Source of the DNA: Octopus sinensis
Lineage: Eukaryota
DNA length: 64,000 nt
Assembly: GCF_006345805.1 (NCBI RefSeq)
Contig: NC_043011.1
Span: forward strand, 2,418,001 to 2,482,000
Direction of reading: 5' to 3'
Position 1 is the first letter of the stretch; every line of letters begins with the position of its first letter. Positions 12,951 through 27,083 of the stretch are shown here, one piece after another. The position numbers were made by a program, and so were the translations under genes. The notes under the pieces are model-generated. The model saw only the letters and a program-made list of their open reading frames with translations. It ran no database searches and had not been told where the DNA came from.

Positions 12951-13906
12951 AAATACATGCAGATACATATATAGATACACATGCTGCTCATAAAAAATGC
13001 ACATACACATACATAGGAACAAAAGTTCTCGGTTATATATAAAACTAATAAAATTAACAAAAAAGGGAGTAAAAAGAAGTTAAAGGGGATAGGTTAAAGA
13101 AAAAAATGACAATGAAATCTCATTTTCTTGAATTTTCACAATGGAAGAGAAAATTGAAGAAAATGGAGACACAAAGGAGAAATTCTTTAGTCTCGTGTTT
13201 TCATCTTATTCTATAGGGACTTTTCAAAGCATAGAAATTTTCTTTTTCATGTGTATCCATGCATATAAATGCATATATGCACCTATATAATTTGTGTGTG
13301 TATCTATATGTCATGGGCCAGTGTTCACACATATGTCTATGCACATACATATATAAATGTCCACAGTCAAATTACTGAAGCAAGTAAAAGAATATCTATA
13401 TATGTGATTTTGTGTGTGTGTGTGTATGTGTATGTATGTCTAGGCATTTGCTTGTGTGAAACTTTTATTCGATTAGGACCCATCTTCCGATGAATTTTTG
13501 CTTTATCATAATACCCAAACTTATAGAAACTAGTAATATTTATCTACTATATTATTATTATTATCATTATCATTATTACCACCATTATCATTATATTCTT
13601 TCAATTTTTTTATCCATTTCTTGCTGCTGATTGTCTTCCTGACACCTAGGGTAAAGAAACTCACTGTATACATTAGCAGGCCACTAAAATAAAGACACTA
13701 GGTCATTCATTTACAAAGTAATATGAGAGAAAAATAGGGGAAGAAAGACACAGAAAAAAAGAAAGAAGGAAAAAAGAGAAAAAGAAAAACATTAAATAAA
13801 TTAAATAAAGGGGAAAAGGGAAAAAAATTTGCAGCGACAATGCTCTTCTCAATATATGTATCATACCAGTTAAAACAATTACATGTGATGTACCATTTAA
13901 GACAAC

Positions 13907-13907
<1 letters not shown>

Positions 13908-13962
<55 letters not shown>

Positions 13963-14515
13963 GAGAGAGTAGTGCATGCCAACAAAGTGATGCTAGGGTA
14001 CAAATATACAAAACCCTTATCAGAAGGGTTGTCATGACCCATCATGATCACCCTTCTGATAAATGTTACACTTGACTCATGCATCACAACCATATGTATA
14101 CGACATGGTGATCTCATATCTTGATAAACAGTGCATGACCTTGCAGGTGAGGCCTAGTTAGAATTTTCTTCATGTCAAGTAGTCCATCCTGCTCAAGCAG
14201 TCCCTGGATAAGGGTTGTTTAAGGATAATGAATGAAACACCCCTGTTTCCAGAGGTGAATGTTTCAGACCCCGAAGAATCCTTGTCAATACATGGCTATG
14301 AGGCTCCTCCAACTACTTCTGATCAGGATCAGCAATGCTCATTTCGTCAGCTGCTGAAAGATATGATCAACAGGTGAAGGTCAAGCAAGTGACAAGCAAG
14401 TTTGCAATATTGAGTAGAATATTTGTTGTAGCCCATCCTTTGCACCAAGACTAAACATGTACATTTAAAATCTTTCAGTTAGTTATGAGACAGTACCACT
14501 GCCTGACACTATATC
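13908..14515 (-). mobile_element. ~600-bp interspersed repeat with (AAT)n tail (family D)
   Basis: Diverged reverse complement of 61197-61790. Confidence 0.8.
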
Positions 14516-15478
14516 AGGGCACTTAATATCATTTTTATTAAGGTGGAAAGTTAACAGAACCATTAGCACTCTAGGCAAAATGCTTAGTGGCATTTTGTCT
14601 GTCTTCATGTTCTGAGTTCAAATTCTGCCACAGTCAACTTTGCTTTTCATCCTTTTGGGTCGATAAATTAAGTATCATTTATTCACTGGGGTTGATATAA
14701 TCGACTAACACCCCCCCCCACATACACACACCTCAAAACTTCAGGCCTTGTGCCTTTACTAGAAAGGATATTTATTATTATTATCATTATATTTGGCAAG
14801 TCAAGGAAGTTTGGTTCATGAGGACTCTGCTTTGCCAAACCATGGTAAAATGCACTCTATATACTCTGGAAAATGGTTGGTATTTAGGAAGATCATCCAG
14901 ACATAGAAGCTATACCAAGACTGAGTTGTTTGAGTGAAACATGATCTTGTGACCCTCTCTAAGGTTGCAGTAACTCCAATAAAACTCATACTAACTGTTA
15001 AATTTTTCAACTTGTGCCAGCATGCAAAATGAAAATGATGATGATAGGTGCATACATTCTAGCAAACACATATACATCCATTAACACACCAGCATACACA
15101 CACACACACACACATCAAAACCTCATTCAAGTAAATTCATCTGTCAATTATAATTGTATTTCTGGGATATAAAAATACCAACTACCAATTTCAAACACCT
15201 CTTGGCATTACTCTCTTTTCAAAGATATTTTTACTTTGTCTCATTTTCTTATCATTGTCAGAGAATGATAATAATAGTTTCTCCTGTAAACACAAGGCCC
15301 AAAACTTCCAGGTGGGGGTTAGTCAATTCCATGAACCCCAATATTAGAGTGGTACTTATTTCTGCCAGCTCATCACCTCATAATGATATTAAAAATAAAA
15401 ATTATTTCTAATCTGGGTTCAAGGTGAGCAATTTTGATAGGGAGGTGTTAGTGGATACTTTGACTTCAGTACTTAACT

Positions 15479-15712
15479 GGCGGCGAGCTGGCAGAAACGT
15501 TAGCACGCCAGGCGAAATGTTCAGCAGTATTTCGTCTGTCGCTACGTTCTGAGTTCAAATTCCGCTATGGTTGACTTTGCTTTTCATCCTTTCAGGGTCG
15601 GTTAAATAAGTACCAGTTACGCACTGGGTCGATATAATCGACTTAATCCATTTGTCTGTCCTTGTTTGTCCCCTCTGTGTTTAGCCCCTTGTGGGTAGTA
15701 AAGAAATAGGTA
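15479..15712 (+). mobile_element. SINE family C (GGCGGCGAGCTGGCAGAAACG head)
   Basis: B-box-like GAGTTCAAATTCC. Related partial copies at ~14555-14710 (+) and ~60975-61148 (-). Confidence 0.75.
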
Positions 15713-15759
15713 TTTTATATTATTGACTCCAGTGGGATGAAAGGCAAGTATGATTGAAA

Positions 15760-15900
15760 CTCACCTCCATCTTGCATCATGTACACAGCAGACATCTGCT
15801 CACCTTTGTTCTAGCATTTCTACAATTCCTCCTGACCTACCTTTCATTTATAGTTGTTGACTTGTATTTGTAGTGGAAGACTTAAGCTATCATTCCATTC
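15760..15900 (-). mobile_element. RTE LINE APE-endonuclease N-terminal fossil
   Basis: MKGRSGGIVEMLEQR*ADVCCVHDARWR. Confidence 0.6.
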
Positions 15901-16540
15901 AAAACCATTAACTGGATATCTTTTGAAGGGTCCACCCTGTTGGAAACATTTGGGTAGGGATTCCAGTCTGAGAATACCAGTCTTGGAGGCCTTAAAAAAC
16001 ATGAGTATTGCCCTGCTTTCTCTGTAAGGCAATGAAAATTTTTTTTTTAAATATTTAGTTTTTCATTTTACTGATTGGTTTTCTTTAACATTAATTAAGA
16101 TTATTTATAATGGTATTACAAGATTCACAAGAAATATTGATATAGCTTCAGATGAAAATTTTTCATTCATGACATTTTTGATTTCATCTGAAAAGAGGGA
16201 TCATTGTAAAATTTCTTCATTTATTTCAAATTTAGATCAATTCCCAATTTCATTGATTTCTGACACAACTACAATTTTTCATATTTTTTCTGTGAGATGG
16301 AATGAGACTTTATGTTATTTATGCCTTCAGCAAAAATATTAATAATTCTAGATGAGTGAAATATCAGTGCATGGAAACTTGGTTTCAAATTTTACCCATA
16401 GAGAATTTCCTACCAAATTACTGGTCTAGGATTAATAACTTCATAAAGACCATAAAAAAAGTGTTGATAACGATGTTAAATCTGATAATCAATCCAAACT
16501 TAAAAAGACAGTTTTGAACTTATATAATCACATGCACACA

Positions 16541-16944
16541 GGCGCAGGAGTGGCTGTGTGGTAAGTAGCTTGCTTACCAACCACATGGTTCCGGGTTCAG
16601 TCCCACTGTGTGGCACCTTGGGCAAGTGTCTTCTACTATAGCCTCAGGCCAACCAAAGCCTTGTGAGTGGATTTGGTAGATGGAAAGAAGCCCATCGTAT
16701 ATATGTATATATATATATATGTGCATGTCTGTTTGTGTGTCTGTGTTTGATCCCAAATATTGCTCGACAACTGATGCTGGTGTGTTTATGTCCCCATCAC
16801 TTAGCGGTTCGCAAAAGAGACCGATAGAATAACTACTAAGCTTACAAAGAATAAGTCCCAGGGTCGAGTTGCTTGATTAAAGGTGGTGCTCCAGCATGGC
16901 CACAGTCAAATGACTGAAACAAGTAAAAGAGTAAAGAGTAAGAG
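16541..16944 (+). mobile_element. SINE family A
   Basis: Full length. Confidence 0.87.
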
Positions 16945-17696
16945 TATACACATACACATGATTTTCAGTCTTTATGACATTTCAGCTCAATTTTCTAAAT
17001 GATTATCATTCAGCAAGGGAAACCTTCAAATACTGACATAAGTGTGTCTAAATTCTTCAAGCTGTTACACATTTTAGTATCTCACTACAGAAAATATGAC
17101 TGTCGTTATAATAAATTTACCTTCACTCTCTGTCTCCATCTGACATCAAACTGTATGCCTTTTCAAACTACCCATACCATCTCTGATAACTGATTACCCA
17201 CCTTTGCTCACTTTCATATTTATATTCGCCACTTGTTTACATGTATGTTTATTTTTTACAGCCTGTTATGCTAATTTTGTTTCTTGATTGTCCTCCATCA
17301 ATTTCCTGTATACCTTTGATTTCTCTCTCTAAAGTTGACTTTAAGTTATTTACACAACAAAACTTTCTTCTGTACATGTCTATTTCTGCATATCCACTAC
17401 CCATCATTCTAATCAATTGTATCCATAAAGTTGCATCATTAGAAGTGTTATGATATCTTCAGTTTTCTGGTGTTGATTTTTTATTATTTGCTGTAAAGAT
17501 CCAAAAAACTAATTATATATTCTTTAATATTAAGTAAGCTGTATCATCATTTTGACTTCCCTTATCATATAATTGTATTTGTAACCTAACACATGTCAAA
17601 ATTTAATCAAGAAAATAGTAGATACTTAGTCCCGAAATTTTATATTTAGTTTTGTAATTTTCATTCTTCTTACGGTCAAATGTTACCACATTTTCT

Positions 17697-18020
17697 GAGG
17701 GCGCGTGGCTTAGTGGTTAGGGCATTCGGCTCATGATCGTAAGGTTGTGAGTTCGATTCCCGGCGACGCGTTGTGTCCTTGAGCAAGACACTTTATTTCA
17801 CGTTGCTCCAGTCCACTCAGCTGGCAAAAATGAGTTGTACTTGTATTTCAAAGGGTCAGCCTTGTCACTCTCTGTGTCACGCTGATTATCCCCGAGAACT
17901 ACGTTAAGGGTACACGTGTCTGTGGAATGCTCAGCCATTTGCACGTTAATTTCACGAGCAAGCTGTTCCGTTGATCGTATCAGCTGGGACCCTCGTCGTC
18001 GTAACCGGCGGAGTCTTTTA
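17697..18020 (+). mobile_element. tRNA-derived SINE (head/core 1 + tail 1)
   Basis: A box TGGCTTAGTGG, B box GAGTTCGATTCC, core GTGTCCTTGAGCAAGACACTT. Confidence 0.85.
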
Positions 18021-18644
18021 AGGACCACATTTTCTATCACTCCAATGTTTTTTAGAATAAGAATCCAAAGCAGTAGAACAATGAAATAAGTTTTTAATAT
18101 CCTCCTACCTAGGAAATGTTTTTATATTAAAGGATGAAATAATATTTACAAGTTAAAATTTAGCTTTATAGAAATTAGAAATACTAACTTAGTGAATTAA
18201 CTAATGTGAAAAAACGTTAATATCAAAATGAGAGAAAATATATTAAACTGTTGTGCATGGTCCACTCTGGCATCAGACGTGGAGCATAACATTAACAAAA
18301 CATTCATCAAGTTGATTATGAGTCTTTGAGATGCTGACATATCAAATATTTTAAAGGATATTATAGATAGGACACAAAACTCATGATGATGCACAAAGAA
18401 AGGTGGCAGCAACTAAGAAGAATCGGAGAAAGAAATGAAACAGTTCGGAAAATCAATACGAAAAAATGGATAATAGTGATTTTTTTTTACTAAAATGGCA
18501 AAATGATTGGGAAAAGGGGAAAACCAAGAATTGTGTGAATTGATGATATCAAGATCTAAGCAAATTTAAATGATGGCTATCACACACGTATAAAAAGAAT
18601 GTAATAACTGACACGCCCAACATTCTTGACAAGTAAGTATGAAA

Positions 18645-18903
18645 CACCGGTGGCACGTAAAAAGCACCATCCGATCGTGGCCGTTTGCCAGCCTCGTCTG
18701 GCACCTGTGCAGGTGGCACATAAAAAGCACCCACTACACTCTTGGAGAGGTTGGCGTTAGGAAGGGCATCCAGCTGTAGAAACACTGCCAGATCAGACTG
18801 GGCCTGGCGCAGCCTCCCGGCTTCCCAGACCCCAGTTGAACCGTCCAACCCATGCTAGCATGGAAAACGGACGTTAAACGATGATGATGATGATGATGAT
18901 GAT
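18645..18903 (+). mobile_element. RTE 3'-UTR-derived repeat with (GAT)n tail
   Basis: Near-identical to the 3' part of the 12545-12950 copy. Confidence 0.85.
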
Positions 18904-19303
18904 AGCTAGATGTTAGTGTATAAACTCAGGTCAGTTCTGATAATACAGGTATGTGTGGTCAAGCATGACAAGTCTACCTTATTATCAAATAATATAGCCA
19001 ATACTACATTATCCAAAATATTCTTCTGCATATGATGTTAAAGATGGTTTCAGAGACATTTGATTGTTGTTTCTAGCAGATGTAATGGCAGTCTTTTAAC
19101 CATCAAACATTAATGTTTACCAAATAACCTCCAGTTTTCAGAATAATGAGCAAATGAAAGGCAAATCTTTCCTGAGACAGGATGGTCATCTATTACAACC
19201 AGCCTTTCTTATGGGAAGAATTGAAGCCAGATTTGCAAGCTAATATATTTGTATTAATTCTATAATGTTCCAACTGCATATGGTAGTGATTTATGTCACT
19301 CAG

Positions 19304-19343
19304 AAAATTGTGGAAGAAGTTGAAGGACTTGCTCTTGTGAGAG
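19304..19343 (+). CDS. Possible 40-nt exon (KIVEEVEGLALVR)
   Basis: Only support is CACTCAG| and the strong donor GAG|GTAAGT. No partner exons found. Confidence 0.15.
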
Positions 19344-20639
19344 GTAAGTACGTAGGTCAGTAATGAAATGAATGTCAGTGGTATACAGACTGTTGACCTC
19401 GCAGCTGGTTGTACACTATCTTATTGTCCACACTAAGCTCTCATACTATGGACATTTCTAATTTAAATGTTAAGTCTTTGTTTTAAAGAAAAGTGTGGGG
19501 TTCTTAGAAAGATTCGGTTGCTACTTTGAGAAGACTGAATTCACAAAAGCTCCCCAACTGACTTGAGTAAGCTAAAGTAAAAAGAATTGCTGCAAGGTTA
19601 TTTAAGTGTATAGTTCTTCAGAATTTAGAAATTCTATGAAATAACTGAAATAATGAGGATATAATAAAAGGTTTACATGGTTAGTTATTGGAAATATTAG
19701 GAGCCATTTCATTGTTTAATTTCAAAACTACTTATAAGTTTCATCTTCTTCAAAGGTTACACTAAAATTGTCCAGCTTTGATTTGTTAAATTATTTGTTA
19801 AATTACATCTAGAAGGAATTTCTTGAGACTTCTTGACAAATTAGTTTCTGTATATGTGTGTTCCAGAAGACTGGATGTGAAGAGCAGCTAAATCTGTATT
19901 CTTTGTGAACTAATGTTAATTCAGTCTAGGAACTTTTATAATTGATATAAATGTCAGTTCATATCCTGTAACTGGTTCTGTGTTGTTTCCATGACCAAAA
20001 TACTAAATTCTGAAATGGCTCACTACACATTACTGCAAATAAAGATCACTAATAAGAAAACGTCTTAAAATCCACTCCAAGCAGAAAATTTCAGAACAGT
20101 TCATTTTTGTTTTATAAACTTGTAATGCTGGGTCCAAATCATACTATGGGTTATAGCAGATCTGCCAAGCTGTTTTCTTTAGATATACAATATATTAGCA
20201 TTTTTCACTCTTGAAAGAATATAAAGATCATCAGTGGGATACTGTGGGCTGGTATGAGAATATGCTGTTGTTCTTAGCAAGTGCCATTACAGCTTGGTAC
20301 CAGGATTGTTACAGGAATTGAGGCAACAATACTGTAAACAATATTACACTGGTCTAATGAGTAAGATAAACTCAAAGCTTTACATCATTGTTTCAGTTAT
20401 TTTAATGGCTTAATCAAAAGAGTAAAGGTAGCACCTGTTACATGTTGCAGAACCTCCAAGGAAGAATCCACAATCCATGGTTTTCTGCAATAGGTAGCAG
20501 TGTATCAGGAAGTATTTTACATGGCAAGGTATAGCTGCAAATCTGTGCAGTTGATGTTAGAAATCCTAGTTACTCTTCTCTCTGGGATACACAACATGAG
20601 CATAAGGCTTTTAGTGGCATCCAAGAAATCTATCATCAT

Positions 20640-21430
20640 CCCATTATCATCTTTATGTCTCCTTTCTTACAACATCTCACCATTTGTTGTATTTCTTTGC
20701 CATCTCTGTTGTGAGGTCCAGCATTCCAAACCCAGTTTTGATCACTTCTGCCCACACTTTCTAACTCTTTCACTTTCACACTTTCCTTCTACTTGGATAT
20801 CCCTGCTCTTTTATACCTATCTATTATACTCTATACACATCATATATCTATACCAATGCAGTCTTTCTTGCACAGTAGAACTGGTTTATCCTCCACCTAG
20901 TTTATCTCTCACCTCGTCAAATATAACATCACACATCTAGCTGAGCATGTTTGTCTCATTTCTTTCTAACTTTCACTGATTCTTTGCACCCAGTGCCCAT
21001 GTCTCACTATCATGCAGGATTTCACTTCATTCACAAGCAGCATACAATCTATCCTTCAATCAAAAAGAGAATCCCTTGTTGCTAGCAGAGCTAACAGCTC
21101 CCTGTGCCTTTTCCACCTTATCATTATGTTTAGCTTCCATGCTTTCACAGCACTCTGCTGTACTGCTGATTAGGTTGTGCAGATAAAAGAAGTTATAACT
21201 ACTTCTATAGCTTTGAAAGGAATTAATTTTACTACTGCATTGACTTCTGACTACTCTTGCACACCTATCACATGCAAAGATCTTATTCACTATCAGCCTG
21301 TCTGTAATTTCAAAATTCATTTTGTGCAACCATAGTTCAAATTGCAAACACGGCATGGAGTCTCTATCTACTTGTTTCCTGCATGTTAAGTATAGCCCTT
21401 TCTATGATTGCAGCACAGTCCTGTCTTTTG
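20640..21430 (-). mobile_element. Decayed RTE LINE RT C-terminal fragment
   Basis: Remnants LYAAC..LHDSETWAL..LERNETNML..QERLHWY, related to the 26.3-27.0 kb and 34.2-34.9 kb copies. Confidence 0.7.
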
Positions 21431-21606
21431 TTTTAAAGACTTTGGTTTTTGCCATATTTACCATAAGAAGTAGGAGAACCAAAACTTGGTAAATGTCTAA
21501 CTGCATACGAAATCCCTGAGTGAGCTGTTTGTACATAGCTGTCTAAGTTTTCTTAAAAACTACCAGTCTACAGATGGCATTACCCTAGCAAAGGCTTTTT
21601 CTAGAT

Positions 21607-21788
21607 CAGTTTTCCACAAGCTTTTTTCACTTGTGGTATGCTTATATTCTTTTCAAAATTTGACTGCACACCTAAAAATATAACTGAAAGTATAGGGGAA
21701 AAAAATTATATTCAGGTTACATGGTGGCACACCTAGCATCATCACGTGACACACCAGTGTGCTGTAGAATACCAGTTGCAAAGCATTG
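21607..21788. mobile_element. hAT (Charlie-type) MITE
   Basis: CAG..CATTG ends; 8-bp TSD TTCTAGAT / TTCTAAAT (nTCTAGAn-type target). Confidence 0.7.
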
Positions 21789-22477
21789 TTCTAAATCAAC
21801 AGATATTAGGTCAAGAGATTTGTTCTTAGCTAAAAACTTTCTATTGGAATTGTTTCACTATGGAAAGAGCATTAATAGTAGTATGACTTGGCACAACTCT
21901 GAATGGTATTTCATCTCAGCTAAATAATAACAATAACTGCTATCATAAATCTGTTGCAATCTTAACAATAAGTAACATTACATGTTGTCAGTTTATTCAA
22001 CTCATAAACATATTTACTGTTTTTCAATATATTCAGGAATATTTTAATTAAAAATTCTCTTTCCAGGAAGCACAGCAGGTGAATTAATAATTCATTATAT
22101 TGAAGTATGTAAATATATAAAACGTGTGTAGTCTTGCTTTGGAATGATTTTCGAAGAATAACCTTATATTTTTGACTTTTTCCCAAGCACATGGAGTATA
22201 CCTTTATCATACTTTCTAAAGCAAGACTATATGTTTAATATACATATGAATACACGATGTTGAATTTTTATTTAGACAGTATTTTTATTTGTCTGAAAGG
22301 AAAAGTTTTGCTGCCAAATATTTCATTAAAGTTCTCAGTGTTTAACTTAAGAAATTTAAGTGAAATATATTTTATTTTCTTCTTTGGAAGAATTTATGCA
22401 TTTGAGTTGGTATATAAGAAGATGCTTGTATGTGTGAGTTCATAATGTATTTATGTGAGTATCGTTTATCTTATATT

Positions 22478-22690
22478 TTTTTACTTGTTTCAGTCATTAG
22501 ACTGTGGCCATACTGGGACACCACCTTGAGAAATTTTAGTCAAACTAATTGACCCCAATACTATTTTCTTTTTAAGTCTGGTACTTATTCTGTCATCCTC
22601 TTTTGCTGAACCACTAAGTTACAGGGATGTTAACACACCAACACTAGTTGTCAAATGGTTGTCGAGGATAAACACACACACACACACACA
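22478..22690 (-). mobile_element. SINE family A, 3' half
   Basis: Matches the family 3' domain. Confidence 0.75.
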
Positions 22691-23112
22691 CACTCATATA
22701 TGTATGTATGTATTTATACATATATGTATTGACTGCCCACAGTGCATGGCAATCTTACCATTCAAGTCTCAGCTCTTTATGTTAAGCACAGTAAAATCTT
22801 ATGACTGCATGACCACATGGAGTCCTTTTCAGCCAGAGGAAAACTATAATGTAATACAAAAGCTTGTCAATAATGAAAGAAAATTGCTGCCCTTACTGAA
22901 GTGCATCCACAGGTTGAATTCATTTTGTGACAATATGTCTTACTGAATGCTGAAATATATGTAACAGATGAAATAAAGGAGTACCAAGTTCAAGCCCATG
23001 TTCTTTCCTCTCATCATACACACACACACTCACGCATATGTATTTATGTACGTATGAGTGTATGTATGCATGCATGTATGTATGTATGTATGTATGTATG
23101 TATGTATGTATG

Positions 23113-23480
23113 CAATATCTGTGCAAGACCCTGCCTCAGTAAAGCTGGACTCAAGAGTCATCTTCGTAGTCATAAAGTGAGACAGATGAGTGACAACCTG
23201 GCCACTGGTGGTGGTGTAACACACCATACTAATCATATCTGTCAGGCATGTGGAAGAGAGTGTAATTCGGCAGGAGGACTTAAATGACATGCAAAGGTAT
23301 ATGAAGCCCAGTTACAACTACAGCCGGCTATTACTGGTAAAGGTTTTAGTGGCCAATTCTGTACAAGACATTGTAGATCTTTAGCTGGGCTAAAAAGTCA
23401 CATTCGATCACAGCACCAGTAACAGTTAAGCTTCGTGCAATGGCCATACTCGATAACGAGGGGGGCAGCCAAAATAATAA
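23113..23480 (+). mobile_element. LINE (RTE/RTEX-like) 3' end with three C2H2-like fingers and an AAT tail
   Basis: CARPCLSKAGLKSHLRSH, CQACGRECNSAGGLK*H and FCTRHCRSLAGLKSHIRSQH, then a short 3' UTR and AAATAATAAT. Confidence 0.6.
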
Positions 23481-24862
23481 TGTATGTATGTATAAGATAA
23501 TATAGCTGATGCTTCTGTTCAAAATTATAATCCTGATGTTTTCTGATCAAAGGTATCCATAGACTAATAATTAGCCCACTTGGTTTCAGGATTTTAAGAA
23601 ATAGATATTTATGCTGTGGCGTTAATGCCTTTCCACTAGTAATAATAAGTGACATGATATATTTACTACTAGGAAATGGAATTGAACTTTTATTGAAGAA
23701 TTGGTTACTGGTACTTTACTACTTACATTAAAGCTTTCTCTCTCTCTCTCTCTCTGTTGCCCTTTCTCTTTCCCTCACACCTCACACATACACACCCATG
23801 CACACTTTGAAATACCTTGTCTCTCATACACAAAGTCACATACACATGTGCATGGTTATTTTTGATTTGTACATGTCTCTTCCATCAGTTGCATGAAAAT
23901 GTTATGGTTTCTACTAAAAATGAGAATTTTGTTGATAGATTTTAGATCACTGTTAATTCAATAATATTGGAGAAATTGTAATCGATAATTATGTTGTAAC
24001 AATATACTGGATTATATACACTATATGTTGCGTAAAACGTGTTAGCATTCTTCATTTTAGCGAGAGACTCAGATGGTTTCTAACCTTATGAACTTTGACA
24101 TCACTTGGGAGGTGCCAGCTGTTTTAAAGAGTTAGAGAAGCTATCATTTTAAATAAAATTTACAAGATAGTAAACTATCTACAAATCTGAAATAAGTTGG
24201 AACATACATTTGTGCCTGATTCAGTGTGAGTGAGAACTGTTTTCCAAAAAAACTCTCATACATTCCTTATAAGAAAAACAAAGTTACTATAAAGATTATT
24301 TAAATATTAAAAAGTAATTCTTCATGATACCATAGGAACTTCATAACTCTATTAAAACTTAGAATTTTATCATTACATAGTTGTATCATAAAAGCCTATT
24401 AGCGTTATCTAAGAAATGATTTAAGACATTCATAAAGGATTTATTACTATCTAAATATCAAATCCTCACTATTTCTACATTCTTGTCTTTCTTTTTCTCA
24501 GTGGTTATTTCTTCTGTATATTGATTTATGCTTCACTCAGATATTAAAGTTTTATATTTTCACTGGAAAGAATTATGGTAGTATCTCATCAACAAGTTGA
24601 AGTTTCATAATTCTTGAAAACTTCTTGTTATTCAATGTTCAAATTACTCTCTTAATATGAATACTATAGAACTCAAAACTACAAGTTTATGCCATCTACA
24701 TGCATGTATAACTGTCAATAGCTATTTTTGATATCTATATACCATCATCATGGAATTCTAGCTGTTTCCAGGTATTCTTACACTATGGAATGATTTTCAA
24801 TAACAAATTTTTATGTCATCATAAAAAGAAAGATTTTGTATCTTATCTTACACACACACACA

Positions 24863-24902
<40 letters not shown>

Positions 24903-25214
24903 TTGAAAGAATTAGATTTATAAATGTCAAAATGTTCTGATAACATTGAAAGGATATATCTTCTATATGATTCTGCTGCATTTATTATGTAAAAGTCATG
25001 GAGGCCAGATTGCTATAACAGGGTCTCACAAAATATTCTAGCTGCGTACATTATGTCTGGTTAATTAAATTGTTGTATTATACATTTTATTACTGTGGTA
25101 TGGTTAAACAGTAGCACTGTAAAAAGAAAATCCATTTTTCAGAGTAATTACTTCAGAGAACATAAATCTAAATGTAAGATAATGATGACCAAGAAACATT
25201 ATTGACAAGGATTG

Positions 25215-25308
25215 GGATTATATAAGAATAACCAGAAAAGGATTATATAAGAATAACCAGAAAAGGATGATATAAGAATAACCAGAAAAGGATGATATAA
25301 GAATAACA
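25215..25308 (+). repeat. 25-bp tandem minisatellite, about 3.7 units
   Basis: GGAT(T/G)ATATAAGAATAACCAGAAAA repeated without spacers. Confidence 0.9.
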
Positions 25309-25329
25309 AAACTTCAAACAGTTTTTCGA

Positions 25330-25619
25330 AATCAGTGACGAAAGTTACTGGAAAAACAATAAATAAGTATTTGCAAATGGTCTCCCTTCATCGAAAACTG
25401 GTGATTGCCGTACGCCGAAGACAGGCAAATACCTAGAAACTGCAGTCCGTGCGTATCACTTAGGTTGACAAGAGAGGGATGACCTCCCTTTGCAAATACC
25501 GTAAGGGCACAGAAAGTGTGCCTAAAGCCAGCTGGAGACGATGATCTCTTGGGGCTAAAAGCTACAGTAACACCCACCCTTAGTGGTTAGCCATATTGAG
25601 ATGGCTAGTATACTTTACG
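25330..25619. mobile_element. Longer relative of the TGT-ended MITE, right end only
   Basis: Shares AGCCAGCTGGAGACGATG..GGTTAGCCATATTGAGATGGC with 55545-55688. The left boundary is uncertain. Confidence 0.6.
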
Positions 25620-25858
25620 TTGTCAAGCAGTTACTGTTTACATCTCGTTCAGAGATTTATTAAAACTTAAATTGTTGTGAGCAATAAAGTTTCTTGTGGA
25701 TTCCATTTTCCATCTCCTTCTTTTGTTTCATACTCAGTGTACACTGAGGAATTCATGAGGTAGATCCAGTGACAATTGCGTAATTACCATGTATGACATC
25801 AGATAGTCACAGGCAGTGAGCGTGCTTTATTGGTGTACTACTAGGTACACACCCAACA

Positions 25859-25929
<71 letters not shown>

Positions 25930-27000
25930 ATCATCATCATCATCATCATCATAATCATCACCATTTAGTGTCTGTTGTCCTATCTGGCATGTTTTGGATG
26001 GTTTGACCAGGGCTGGTAAGCTGACGAGCTGCAACAGACCCTAGTCTGATTTTGTATGGTTTCTACGGTTGGATGCCCTTCCTAATGCCAACCACTCTGG
26101 GAGTGTAATGGGTACTTTTACATGCCACCAGCATAGATGTCAGTTAGCATGACACCAGTACCTGCTACAACTATGATTTCACCTGGTTTCATTGCTTCCA
26201 TGAGGCCCAATGCTCGAAAGGTACATTTTATGTGCACCAGTACAGGTACCAGTTACCTAACACCAACAGTGACCACAGCTATGATTTCACTTGGCTTAAC
26301 TGGTCTTCTCAAGCATGGCATATTTCCAAAGGTCTTCGTCACTACACATTGCCTCAGTGAAGCCCGACGTTTGAAGATCATGCTTCACCACCTTGTCCCA
26401 TGTCTTCCTGGGTCTCCCCTTTCCACAGCCTCCTTCCACTGGTAGAGATCAGCACCACACAACTGTCCACATCCATATGCATCACATGACCATACCAACA
26501 CAGTTGTCTCTCTTGTACATCACATCTGGTGCCTCTAAAGTCCAGCTTTTCTCTCAAGATGCTTACACTCAGTTGTACATGCACACTGATATCACACATC
26601 CAGCGTAGCATACTAGCTTCATTTCTTTCAAGCCAATGCATGTCCTTGACAGCCACAGCCCATGTTTCGCTATTGTTTAACATGACTGTCCACATACAGG
26701 CATCCTACAATCTGCCTTTCAATATGAGGGAGAAGCCTTGTTACCAACAGAGGTAGGAGCTCTGACCTTTTCCCTGACCTATTCTTATTCTAGCAGCTAC
26801 ACTCTCAGAGCATCCACCCTTGCTACAGTCTTGGTCACCTAGATAACGGAAGCTATCAACTACTTCTAGGCTTCCCCCTTGGCATTTGATGGAGTCTATT
26901 TTCTGCACATTTTTAGTGTTAGTTGTACCAGTGAGCCCACTACACACAAAAGCTATTTTCCCTGTTAACATTCCTCTGATATTGCTGCTCCTCTTATGTG
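25930..27000 (-). mobile_element. 5'-truncated RTE LINE: RT C-terminus, 3' UTR and (GAT)n tail
   Basis: NSETWAV..LERNEASMLRWMC..QERQLCWYGHVM is contiguous with the GAT-tailed repeat also found at 12.5, 18.6, 32.2, 49.0 and 59.7 kb. Confidence 0.85.
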
Positions 27001-27046
27001 TCCATAGCTTACACAGGATATGTCTTATGGAATTTCTACCTACGTC

Positions 27047-27083
<37 letters not shown>

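Noticed and set aside
16990-17560. Possible ancient RTE linker remnant (minus strand)
   Set aside because: Many stops, and only vague similarity.
17697-17770. tRNA gene (also the heads at 42.3, 53.0 and 57.6 kb)
   Set aside because: A/B boxes are present, but they continue into shared SINE bodies and I could not fold a full cloverleaf.
25215-25308. CRISPR-like regular repeat
   Set aside because: Contiguous 25-bp units without spacers, a eukaryotic context and no cas genes.
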